Assembly (NCBI GenBank): GCA_034439575.1
Contig: JAWXAQ010000027.1
Span: forward strand, 96,001-160,000
DNA: 64,000 nucleotides
Direction of reading: 5' to 3'
From: Leptospira sp.
Lineage (GTDB): Bacteria > Spirochaetota > Leptospiria > Leptospirales > Leptospiraceae
A program made the position numbers and the translations under genes. This document shows, piece by piece, positions 1-9,303 of the stretch (position 1 is its first letter; each line of letters begins with the position of its first letter). Under the pieces are notes generated by a model. The model ran no database searches and had not been told where the DNA came from. It saw nothing but the letters and a program-made list of their open reading frames with translations.

Positions 1-246
1 AGGTACCAATTTGCAGTGGAATATGAAATAGCCAATCAAATTGGACCTCATGAAGCAAATTTTTTGAGATTAGATATTACAAAATCCTCAACTTATTTGT
101 CTTGGGAACCTAAATGGTCGATTAATACAGCATTTGAAAAAATAATTGATTGGATGGAAGCACATTTAGAAAAAAAGAATATTCTGAATATCTGTTTAAG
201 ACAAATAGAAGAGTATATGCAATTGGAAACCGAGGCTAAAAATTGA
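1..246 (+). CDS. rfbG: CDP-glucose 4,6-dehydratase, C-terminal fragment (5' end lies outside the window)
   Basis: Frame is open from base 1. The motif PHEANFLRLDITKSSTYLSWEPKW matches the RfbG/DdhB C-terminus (PHEA..LKLD.SKA...LGW.P.W). Directly upstream of rfbH. Confidence 0.85.
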   Translation, partial: RYQFAVEYEIANQIGPHEANFLRLDITKSSTYLSWEPKWSINTAFEKIIDWMEAHLEKKNILNICLRQIEEYMQLETEAKN

Positions 247-282
247 AAAAATTTAAAATTGCGAAATTAGGGAAATAAATTT

Positions 283-1914
283 ATGATAGGAGAAATTTAT
301 AAAGTTGATATATTAAAATATCAAGATGTAGATAAAAATCCTTCCGGATTGTATTTATGTATTGGAGAAAAAGATAATGAAGGGATAATACAATTTCTGA
401 GTCTCAGGGTCATTTCAGAACCTGTATCGAGTAACCTGATTGAAATTAATTCAGAAGATCTTATAAAATGCACATTAGATCAAAGATACTCTATTGACCT
501 AGGAAATACTTTTTCTTTCAATCTAAACGAAAATTCTGAATCAATTGGAGCAGTTAGTAAAGAATTTATTGCCAAGGTATTTAAAGGTTTAGTATTAAAA
601 TATACTAAAGCCTATTATGATTTTGAACATAAACCAAAACAACAAACAGTATTTTCAAAAGAAAAGAGTAAAATATCTTATGCAGGAAGAGTTTTTGACA
701 GTGCAGAATTGATTAATTTAGTAGATTCTTCTCTGGAATTTTGGTTAACAACAGGAAAATACGCTGAACAATTTGAGAGAGGTTTTTCGAAATTTTTAAA
801 TGTTCGTCACACTTTACTGGTCAATTCTGGATCTTCAGCTAACCTTGTGGCATTTAATTCGTTAACATCTCCTTCTTTAGGCGAAAGGCAGATAAAGAAA
901 GGAGACGAGGTGATTTGTGTTGCCGCTGGATTTCCTACAAGCATAAATCCTATTCTCCAGTATGGTGCAGTTCCAGTGTTTGTGGATATTTCTCTACCCA
1001 CCTATAATATAGATGTCAAATATTTAGAAGAATCAATTAGTAATAAAACTAAAGCAGTTATGCTTGCCCATACTTTGGGTAATCCTTTCGATTTGCAAAC
1101 AATCAAAAATTTTTGTAAAAAATATAATTTATGGTTAGTCGAAGATAACTGTGATGCCCTCGGAAGTCTTTACAATATAAATGATGAGTGGCATTACACT
1201 GGGACAATTGGAGATATAGGTACTTCAAGTTTTTATCCTCCGCATCACATGACAATGGGTGAAGGTGGAGCCGTATACATGAATTCGAATAAATTAAAAC
1301 GTATCGCAGAATCCATTCGAGATTGGGGAAGGGACTGCTGGTGTCCTTCGGGAAAAGACAATACGTGTGGAAAAAGGTTTGAATGGGAGTTAGGCGAATT
1401 GCCACTGGGATATGATCATAAATACATTTATTCTCATCTGGGTTATAATTTAAAAGTAACGGATTTACAAGCAGCTATTGGCGTAGCACAATTAAATAAA
1501 CTGCCTAATTTTGTAAATTCTAGAATTCAAAATTGGCAATTATTGAGAGACGGATTAAATGAACTTGAGGAATTTTTTATTTTACCGGAACCAACTTTAA
1601 ATTCTAAACCTAGTTGGTTCGGATTCCTTTTAACGATTAGAGATTCTTCACCATTTTCACGGGCAGAAATAGTAAATTTTCTAGAAGAAAAACGAATTCA
1701 AACAAGAATGCTCTTTGCAGGAAATTATTTGCGCCATCCAGTTTTCAACAATTTAAGAAATTTAGTAGATTATAAAATTGTAAATAATTTGAAAGTTACA
1801 GACATGGTTATGACAAATACTTTTTGGTTAGGTGTATATCCAGGTTTGAATGCAGAGATGATTCATTACATGATTGATTCAATCAAATCGTTTGTTAAAA
1901 AAAGAGTGAAATGA
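283..1914 (+). CDS. rfbH: CDP-4-keto-6-deoxyglucose 3-dehydrase (RfbH/DdhC, E1) with an extra ~95-aa N-terminal domain
   Basis: DegT-fold motifs FWLTTG, VNSGSSANL and EDNCDALGS. SFYPPHHMTMGEGG has His in place of the aminotransferase Lys. RDCWC...C...YDHKY supplies the Fe-S ligand motif. 543 aa is longer than the usual ~440 aa. Confidence 0.93.
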   Translation: MIGEIYKVDILKYQDVDKNPSGLYLCIGEKDNEGIIQFLSLRVISEPVSSNLIEINSEDLIKCTLDQRYSIDLGNTFSFNLNENSESIGAVSKEFIAKVFKGLVLKYTKAYYDFEHKPKQQTVFSKEKSKISYAGRVFDSAELINLVDSSLEFWLTTGKYAEQFERGFSKFLNVRHTLLVNSGSSANLVAFNSLTSPSLGERQIKKGDEVICVAAGFPTSINPILQYGAVPVFVDISLPTYNIDVKYLEESISNKTKAVMLAHTLGNPFDLQTIKNFCKKYNLWLVEDNCDALGSLYNINDEWHYTGTIGDIGTSSFYPPHHMTMGEGGAVYMNSNKLKRIAESIRDWGRDCWCPSGKDNTCGKRFEWELGELPLGYDHKYIYSHLGYNLKVTDLQAAIGVAQLNKLPNFVNSRIQNWQLLRDGLNELEEFFILPEPTLNSKPSWFGFLLTIRDSSPFSRAEIVNFLEEKRIQTRMLFAGNYLRHPVFNNLRNLVDYKIVNNLKVTDMVMTNTFWLGVYPGLNAEMIHYMIDSIKSFVKKRVK

Positions 1915-2774
1915 ACTTATTAATTTCAGGGATTTCTGGTTTTATTGGTAAAAGTTTATACAATTCATTAAGTCAAAACAAAGACTTTAAAATAATAATT
2001 ATTAGCCGAAAAAGTTCAGATTTAAGATTCATTAAAAATAGCGAAATTATATTTTGGGATGATCCTTTAATAGAAGAGAAAATAATTTCTTTAAAAGTGG
2101 ATGTTATTATTAATTTGATTACTAATTACGGAATTAATAATGATACAGAGGAAATAATTCATACAAATCTTCTCTTACCGCTAAAACTTTTAAAGTATGC
2201 AATAAAAGCTAAAATTTCTTACTTTTTGAATATTGGTACACCATTACATCAGTTTGTTTCAGAGTATGCTTTGTCTAAAAACCAATTTGCCGATTGGTTG
2301 AAGTATTATAGTAATCATATCAAAGTTGTGAATGTCCTACCAGAATATATATATGGTCCTGGTGATAAAAATGGAAAACTTTTTTCTAGTTTACTGAAAA
2401 GTTTTTCTGAAAATGTAGAATCTTTTTCTTTGTCACAAGGGGATCAGAAAAGAGATTTTATTTTTGTCGAAGATTTAATTTCAGCACTAAATGTTATTTT
2501 GCTGTCTTTGAGTCAATTTAAAACCAATTATATTGAGATACCTGTGGGTACTGGGATTACGGTATCAATTCGAGAATTTGCAGAAAAATTGAGGTCAATC
2601 TCTTGTGCCAAAACAATATTGAAATTTGGCGACGTAGTGAAGCGAATAAATGAAATGAGTGAACAAAAAGCTGATATTAGTATTATTTCCACATTAGGTT
2701 GGAAACCAAAATTTGATTTAGAAAATGGATTAATTGAAACATGGAAATTAAAAAAGCAGGAAGAACATGAGTGA
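1911..2774 (+). CDS. NAD-dependent epimerase/reductase, CDP-abequose/paratose synthase (RfbJ)-like
   Basis: GISGFIG Rossmann motif, YALSK (YxxxK), YGPGD, QKRDFIFVED. Overlaps the rfbH stop by 4 bp. Confidence 0.8.
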   Translation: MNLLISGISGFIGKSLYNSLSQNKDFKIIIISRKSSDLRFIKNSEIIFWDDPLIEEKIISLKVDVIINLITNYGINNDTEEIIHTNLLLPLKLLKYAIKAKISYFLNIGTPLHQFVSEYALSKNQFADWLKYYSNHIKVVNVLPEYIYGPGDKNGKLFSSLLKSFSENVESFSLSQGDQKRDFIFVEDLISALNVILLSLSQFKTNYIEIPVGTGITVSIREFAEKLRSISCAKTILKFGDVVKRINEMSEQKADISIISTLGWKPKFDLENGLIETWKLKKQEEHE

Positions 2775-3459
2775 CATTGAAATTTCTGTCGTAATACCAG
2801 CTTACTTTGAAGCAAATAATCTGGAACTAGTGTTACCTAGATTAACTAATACCTTAAAAGAAATGAAAATTCCTTACGAGGTTATAATTGTTGATTCGAT
2901 GATACCGCTTGATGAGACTGAAAATATTTGCAAGAAGAATAACGTTCATTATGTGAACCGAAAAAATGGTAATGAATACGGATTTGCATTTATTACAGGA
3001 ATTCAAATAGCAAAAGGCAAATCTATTGTCATAATGGATGCAGACGGATCTCATGATCCAGAAAAAATCAAAGAACTTTATCAATTTCGAAATGAATATC
3101 AAATAGTGATCGCATCTAGATATTTAGAAAAGAGTTCTACGGAAGTATCATTTTATCTTACTGGGATGAGCTTAATATTAAATTATATTTATAAATTTGT
3201 ATTAGGAATTGATGCGAATGATATTTCCAATAGTTATAGGTTATATAATGGAGAAATGCTTCGAGGTGTGACTTTAACTTCGAGAAATTTTGATATTTTG
3301 CAAGAGGTCTTGTATAAATTCATACGAAAATATAATGCAAAAATTAAAGAAATACCATTGCAATTTCATAAAAGAAAAAGTGGGAAAAGTAAAAGGAATT
3401 ATTTAGTATTTATTCCTAACTACATCAAAACATTAATTAAGCTTCGATTCTTTAATTAA
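2767..3459 (+). CDS. GT2 polyprenol-phosphate glycosyltransferase (DPM1-like)
   Basis: SVVIPAYFE, MDADGSHDP, IASRY, EIPLQFHKRKSGKSK. Confidence 0.85.
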   Translation: MSDIEISVVIPAYFEANNLELVLPRLTNTLKEMKIPYEVIIVDSMIPLDETENICKKNNVHYVNRKNGNEYGFAFITGIQIAKGKSIVIMDADGSHDPEKIKELYQFRNEYQIVIASRYLEKSSTEVSFYLTGMSLILNYIYKFVLGIDANDISNSYRLYNGEMLRGVTLTSRNFDILQEVLYKFIRKYNAKIKEIPLQFHKRKSGKSKRNYLVFIPNYIKTLIKLRFFN

Positions 3460-3462
3460 ATA

Positions 3463-5064
3463 ATGTTTCTCTACACAAATATTATTAAAAGAGTAAATTT
3501 AACTTTTAGAAAATATAAAGGGATTCCTTTTGCAATTTTTGCGATACTTGGATTTATTCTAATGTTCATTGCAAAAAAAAATCACTTTTTGTTCGAGTTA
3601 GGTGATTCATCCTTTTTAAGTGAGTTGTTGCATAATATTGCGGTAGATGGAAATCGAAATAGTTCAGTTTGGGATTCAGTTAAACAATATGCCTTTAATG
3701 ATATGGGATACTTAACGCAAGATCCATATACTTTATGTAAAGCAAACTTAGATCAAGTATTATTTAATCATGATTATTTCAAAGTTCATGCTTACTTTTA
3801 TTTATATTTGTTAGCTCCATTCGTTTTTATATTTCCTTCCGAGAATATTTTAATTTTTCTTCAAGCATTTTCTTTTTGGGGATTACTTGTAGGTGTATTT
3901 TATGTTAGTCGAAAAGAAAACGCAGGTTATTTAGTTTCTATAGTAATGTGTATCATTACTATATTTCATCCCGCTTATTCAATTGGATTCATGGGACAAA
4001 TATATACTGACAAATTCTTTCTAATTTTCGGAATTATTTTTGCTTATATTATTTATAAACAGAGAGTGAATAGTTTTATTCTTTTTCTAATGTGCGCTTT
4101 CATATGTTTGTTACATGAACGAATGGGAACTATATTGGCTATGTATGCTTTCCCATTTATGATTCTGAATCATGGTAAAAAAATTAAATTTTTATACGTT
4201 TTTATATTACTTTTGGGTTTGTGTTACAGTTTTTATACAATGGCATATTTCGTAGAAGTTGATACTGGTAAAAGTGGGTTTATTCCCAGTTCCTTTGAAA
4301 AACTTAATGATCGTTTCCAAAATGCAAATTTTCGAGAGGAATCTTTTGTTTTTTTAAGGACCAACTCTTTGTTTTTATTTTTAGCGATCTTTAATTTTCC
4401 ATCCTTCGTAGCTACCGTGTTGACGATGCTTCCCAATTTAATTGGATCCATTGGTGGTGCAGAGAAGACTGGATGGGCAACACATTATCACATGTATTAT
4501 TTACCATTTTTGGTATTTTCTGCATTTCTTGGTTTAAGTAGAATTTTAAAATTCATTAAGTTAAAATTTGATAACCAATACCTAAAAATTTTAATTCTAA
4601 CAATTCTTACATTAATTGCATATCCTGTTCAGTTTTCAAATTTTAACCAAAAAGAAGTTCAATTCAATTTCAATAATGTAAGAGATTTGTTGCCATTTAA
4701 ATTATATGAATGGTCTTTTTTTAAAAATGATTGGTACTTTCAAAGGTATTCTGATTTGCTCGTACTCCAATCAATTCCCAAAGGTTCGATCGTATCTACT
4801 CCTGAAGATTTTTTCCCTCCATTCATTAAAAATTATAAAATTAGATACTATCCTTTAGGATTAGGAGAGGCAGATTATTTAATTTTAACGAAAGATATTT
4901 CAAAAAATGGGAAATCTTATTATGTTGGGGCTAGAAGTTTTAGAGATCCTGAAGAGATAATCAATTTAAATTTATGTTTGAATGAAAAGATTGAAAGAAG
5001 TGGTTATAAAATAGCAAATGATTTTAACATGCTTACTGGAATCGTTGTTCTGAAGAAAAATTAA
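3463..5064 (+). CDS. Multi-pass membrane protein, putative GT-C glycosyltransferase (DUF2079-like); paralog of 6656..8290
   Basis: Many hydrophobic segments and an acidic loop after the first helix (ELGDSSFLSE). Shares HxYFxLYLxAP, PNxxGxIGGAEKxGWxTHYH and YYPLxxxEADY with 6656..8290. Confidence 0.65.
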   Translation: MFLYTNIIKRVNLTFRKYKGIPFAIFAILGFILMFIAKKNHFLFELGDSSFLSELLHNIAVDGNRNSSVWDSVKQYAFNDMGYLTQDPYTLCKANLDQVLFNHDYFKVHAYFYLYLLAPFVFIFPSENILIFLQAFSFWGLLVGVFYVSRKENAGYLVSIVMCIITIFHPAYSIGFMGQIYTDKFFLIFGIIFAYIIYKQRVNSFILFLMCAFICLLHERMGTILAMYAFPFMILNHGKKIKFLYVFILLLGLCYSFYTMAYFVEVDTGKSGFIPSSFEKLNDRFQNANFREESFVFLRTNSLFLFLAIFNFPSFVATVLTMLPNLIGSIGGAEKTGWATHYHMYYLPFLVFSAFLGLSRILKFIKLKFDNQYLKILILTILTLIAYPVQFSNFNQKEVQFNFNNVRDLLPFKLYEWSFFKNDWYFQRYSDLLVLQSIPKGSIVSTPEDFFPPFIKNYKIRYYPLGLGEADYLILTKDISKNGKSYYVGARSFRDPEEIINLNLCLNEKIERSGYKIANDFNMLTGIVVLKKN

Positions 5065-5178
5065 AATTTCTACCACAATGCATGAAGATTTGTCTATTGG
5101 TCTTATCCAAGGCAAAGTCGTAATAAATTCTATATACTATTTGAGATACCTTTCGAAATTAACCTATATACAATCAAT

Positions 5179-6651
5179 ATGACTAACTTTTTCACCCACC
5201 CTCAAGGCCTTTGCGAATCTAAGAATATTGGTAAAGATACAAAAATTTGGGCATTTGCTCACATACTTCCCAGTGCAATTATTGGAGAAGAATGTAATAT
5301 ATGTGACCATGTGTTTATAGAAAATGATGTTTCAATTGGAAACCGTGTAACAGTAAAATGTGGTGTTCAAATATGGGATGGGATTTCGATCGAAGATGAA
5401 GTTTTTATTGGTCCCAATGTAACATTTACAAATGATATGTTTCCAAGAAGCAAAGTTTATCCAGAGACATACCTTAAAACAAAAATCAAAAAGGGCGCAT
5501 CTATAGGGGCTAATGCAACTATTTTACCTGGTGTTACAATCGGTGAAGGAGCAATGATCGCAGCGGGATCGGTTGTTACCAAAGATGTTCCTTCTTTTTC
5601 TTTAGTTCGGGGAAATCCTGCCCGAGTCACAGGCACAGTAAATGCGCATGAGGTAATTCAGAATATGAGTAATTCGGATTTTAATAAAGAAAGAAAAGAT
5701 ATAGAAGTTTCTGTAGTCGTACCCGTTTATTACAATGGTCCTTCATTACCAATTCTTTATGATAGAATTGCGAAAGCATTTGAATCTGCTAATGTTTCAA
5801 ATTGGGACATCACCTTTGTCGATGATGATTCAAAAGATGATTCTCGTGTCATACTTGCCAACTTAGTACAACAAAAAACAAATGTTCGCTTTGTTTCCTT
5901 GTCTAGGAATTTTGGAAGTTTCGATGCGATAACAGCAGGGATAGGGTTTACTAACGGGCGTTGCGTGGCGGTTATATCGGCAGATTTGCAAGACCCACCA
6001 GAATTATTTCCAGCCATGTTAAAAGATTGGCGATCTGGAATTAAAATTGTTATGGCCGCTCGTGAATCAAGGGAAGATCCATGGACTTCACGTATTTTTT
6101 CTTTTCTTTTTTATCGGACTTTTCGTTTATTCGTTTCGAAAGAAATGCCGCCAGGTGGGTTTGACTTTTTTATTTTAGATCGCCAAGTTGCTGACTTACT
6201 AGTAAATCATGCAGAAAAAAATACAATGATGCCTGCAGCCTTACTTCACTTTGGTTTTGAAAAACGTTTACATTTTTATCATAGAGCAGCCCGAATTCAC
6301 GGATCATCAAAGTGGACGTTTTGGCGTAAATTCAAATTGATGTATGATGCGATTCTATCAAATTCTTTTGTTCCATTGCGTGTGATGACAGGCATTGGCG
6401 CACTTGGAGCTTTAGGTGCAATTGGTTATTCTGGAATCATTATCATTCAAAAATTTTTAAATCCAGATATTCCACAAGGTTGGACTGCATTGATGTTAGT
6501 TATTTTGTTTTTTAATAGCCTATTGTTAATATCATTAGGAATTGTCGGAGAATATGTTTGGCGAACTTTTGATGCGGCCAGAAAACGACCCCAGTTTGTG
6601 ATTGATAATGTAATAGCATCAACAGGACTTTCTACTGATAGGAAAGTGTAA
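5179..6651 (+). CDS. Fusion protein: WxcM/FdtC-like left-handed beta-helix N-acetyltransferase plus GtrB/ArnC-like GT2
   Basis: aa ~1-155 hexapeptide repeats ([33 protein letters not shown]). aa ~175-490 carry [27 protein letters not shown], two C-terminal TM helices and GEYVWR..RP. Confidence 0.88.
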   Translation: MTNFFTHPQGLCESKNIGKDTKIWAFAHILPSAIIGEECNICDHVFIENDVSIGNRVTVKCGVQIWDGISIEDEVFIGPNVTFTNDMFPRSKVYPETYLKTKIKKGASIGANATILPGVTIGEGAMIAAGSVVTKDVPSFSLVRGNPARVTGTVNAHEVIQNMSNSDFNKERKDIEVSVVVPVYYNGPSLPILYDRIAKAFESANVSNWDITFVDDDSKDDSRVILANLVQQKTNVRFVSLSRNFGSFDAITAGIGFTNGRCVAVISADLQDPPELFPAMLKDWRSGIKIVMAARESREDPWTSRIFSFLFYRTFRLFVSKEMPPGGFDFFILDRQVADLLVNHAEKNTMMPAALLHFGFEKRLHFYHRAARIHGSSKWTFWRKFKLMYDAILSNSFVPLRVMTGIGALGALGAIGYSGIIIIQKFLNPDIPQGWTALMLVILFFNSLLLISLGIVGEYVWRTFDAARKRPQFVIDNVIASTGLSTDRKV

Positions 6652-6655
6652 ACAA

Positions 6656-8290
6656 ATGAATGTTATGCTAAGTAAAGTGTTAAAATTCACAAAGAAGAAC
6701 GAGATTCGAATTGTCTCTTTCTTTTTTTCTATACTCTTAATTGCTTTCACATATTCACTTACATTAAATTGGATTCGATCTTTTGGTGATTCAGCTTTTT
6801 TATCTGAGTTGATTGAAAATATAGCCAATACGGGACATGCTTCTTCTAATTTATTGTCTTCATCTCATGAAATGGAAATGAAAGCTCATATATATTCTAT
6901 GAAGGCAGAGCAGATTAAACAAACTGCACTCAAAGCAACGGATTATCAAAACGAATATGTTTTAAAATATCACACTTATTTTATTCTTTATTTGATAGCT
7001 CCATTGAATTGGATTATTCCAATTAATATTTTACTCCCTTTTTTGACAGCTTTAGCATTTACGGGAATACTATTCGTTACCTATTTGTTTCTCAGAAAAA
7101 ACAATGTTTCGGTGTTAGGATCATTTTTGTTTTGTTTTTTAATTTCAGTACATCCTGCTTGGAATCATGCCATCCAAGGTGAGTTCTATGTAGACCGCTT
7201 TTTTATGTTAATTGGTCTGCTTTTGATTTTTCAAATCAATGATAGAAAACCAAATTATTTATTAATATTTTTTATAAATCTAATCTGTCTTATTTCGAAT
7301 GATAGAATTGGATTATATACTGGGGCATTTTCTCTCGGTTATTCTGTTTTATTTTTTAAACGAGATAATATTAGATACTCAGTTTTTCTTTTTTGGCTTG
7401 GGATAGTATCGATCTGTTATGCGATATTTGCAATGAAAGTCCTTTTAACAAAGGTTGGGGCAGGCGGAACATATGATTCTTGGTTATCAGTTTCAGTTTT
7501 CACAAATTTTTTAGATTATCTTAAAGAATATCCAAATGCATTCGATAATTTTCTGCTTTTTTCTTTAATAAATATTCTAATTTTGACAGTCTTTGGTTTC
7601 TTGAAATGGCAAATTGTAATCATAACCCTAGGTTCAATGATTCCAAATATTTTAGGAAATATTGGCGGTGCTGAAAAGTCTGGTTGGACAACTCATTATC
7701 ATTCAAATTATTTTCCTATTTTAATTTGGGCCTTAGCTATTTCTTATATTTCTTTTTTTGACAAACGGAAATCTTCAAAGAAATCTAAACCACTTGCCTA
7801 CTTATTTGTTTTAATTTTCATTTTATTCTATTTGTTCTTTAACCCTTTTTCCTTAAAAGAGAGGTCATTTGATTTCAAAAGAATTGAATCGAATGCTTTT
7901 CTGGTGACTTGGAATGCAATCATTTCCGGAGAAGATCATCCTTCTTACAAATTGTATGAAACTGCAGAAAAAATGCGGAATTTTATTCCTGAAGGTTCAT
8001 CCGTTTCCTCTATAAACTATGCGACTTCATTTCTTTATAAAAATAGAAAGATTTATTATTATCCATTAGCGATCGATGAAGCTGACTATGTTGTTTTAAG
8101 GTATGATAACCTGGATGTATCGCCACCTTACTATTCGGTTTGGGTAAATTATGACCCTGAAGAAAATATTAAGTTAAATAAACTACTTAATATTAGATTA
8201 AAGGAAGTAGGATATGATGTATATCATCCTAAATTATTTGATTTCAATTTTGCAATTCTTGAACGTAAAAATAATCAGAGGAATCTTTGA
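6656..8290 (+). CDS. Multi-pass membrane protein, putative GT-C glycosyltransferase (DUF2079-like); paralog of 3463..5064
   Basis: SFGDSAFLSELIENIA, HTYFILYLIAP, PNILGNIGGAEKSGWTTHYH, YYPLAIDEADY. Multiple TM segments. Confidence 0.65.
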   Translation: MNVMLSKVLKFTKKNEIRIVSFFFSILLIAFTYSLTLNWIRSFGDSAFLSELIENIANTGHASSNLLSSSHEMEMKAHIYSMKAEQIKQTALKATDYQNEYVLKYHTYFILYLIAPLNWIIPINILLPFLTALAFTGILFVTYLFLRKNNVSVLGSFLFCFLISVHPAWNHAIQGEFYVDRFFMLIGLLLIFQINDRKPNYLLIFFINLICLISNDRIGLYTGAFSLGYSVLFFKRDNIRYSVFLFWLGIVSICYAIFAMKVLLTKVGAGGTYDSWLSVSVFTNFLDYLKEYPNAFDNFLLFSLINILILTVFGFLKWQIVIITLGSMIPNILGNIGGAEKSGWTTHYHSNYFPILIWALAISYISFFDKRKSSKKSKPLAYLFVLIFILFYLFFNPFSLKERSFDFKRIESNAFLVTWNAIISGEDHPSYKLYETAEKMRNFIPEGSSVSSINYATSFLYKNRKIYYYPLAIDEADYVVLRYDNLDVSPPYYSVWVNYDPEENIKLNKLLNIRLKEVGYDVYHPKLFDFNFAILERKNNQRNL

Positions 8291-9279
8291 TGATATCACA
8301 ATATAACAAAGCTAAGGTTTTGATAACAGGTGGCTTAGGATTTATAGGAAGTAATTTAGCAATTCAATTAGTTGAATTGGGAGCGGATGTACTTCTTGTG
8401 GATTCTATGATTCCTGAATATGGCGGAAATTTATATAACATCGAGTCTATAAAAGATAAAGTGTCGATCAATTATTGCAATATTACTGATATAAATGCCA
8501 TAAATTATTTAGTAAAAGACATTGATTATATTTTTCATCTTGCAGGTCAAGGCAGCCATAGTGTAAGCATTGTTGATCCATTTCTGGATATTGAATGCAA
8601 TATGATGGCAACATTAAACTTACTCGAAGCTTGCAAAAAAAATAATAGGAATGCTAAAATAGTTTTTACGGGAACTCGTGGCCAATATCGACCTAACATT
8701 GGATTACCGGCTACTGAAGATTCTGATATGACGCCGAATACTATTTATGGAGTCACAAATTTAGCTGCCGAAAAATTGATGTTAATTTATCATAATTTGT
8801 TCGGTTTAAAAACTATACTAACAAGGATTAGTAATGTTTATGGCTATAGAGCTCAGATGAGGAATAATAAGTATGGTGTTCCAAATTGGTTTTTACGTTT
8901 AGCAATAGACAATGCTGAAATTCCTATTTATGGAAGTGGCATGATTAAGCGTGATTTTCTATTTATAGATGATCTAATTAAAGCACTTTTATTATTACCA
9001 TTAGTAGAAAAATGTTTTGGCGAAGTATTTAATATTGGTGTACCTGAACCTTCAAATTATTTGGAGTTTGCCAATTTAGCCATTAAAGCTTCTAAATCAG
9101 GTTCTTTAAAAATGACTCCATTTCCCAAAGAATCAAAAGAACAAGAAGCAGGAGATTATTATCCTGATATAACAAAGATTAATGCTTATATTGGATGGAA
9201 ACCAGAAGTTAAGTTAGAAGATGGAATTCATAATACGATATCTTATTATAAAAAACATCGCCAACATTACTGGAATTAA
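8290..9279 (+). CDS. NAD-dependent nucleotide-sugar epimerase/dehydratase (extended SDR)
   Basis: ITGGLGFIG, FHLAGQ, RISNVYG, RDFLFIDD. The ATG at 8290 overlaps the upstream TGA (TGATG). The catalytic motif reads YGVTN. Confidence 0.85.
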   Translation: MISQYNKAKVLITGGLGFIGSNLAIQLVELGADVLLVDSMIPEYGGNLYNIESIKDKVSINYCNITDINAINYLVKDIDYIFHLAGQGSHSVSIVDPFLDIECNMMATLNLLEACKKNNRNAKIVFTGTRGQYRPNIGLPATEDSDMTPNTIYGVTNLAAEKLMLIYHNLFGLKTILTRISNVYGYRAQMRNNKYGVPNWFLRLAIDNAEIPIYGSGMIKRDFLFIDDLIKALLLLPLVEKCFGEVFNIGVPEPSNYLEFANLAIKASKSGSLKMTPFPKESKEQEAGDYYPDITKINAYIGWKPEVKLEDGIHNTISYYKKHRQHYWN

Positions 9280-9303
9280 ACTAAATTATTATTGGAGAAA
9301 TGT

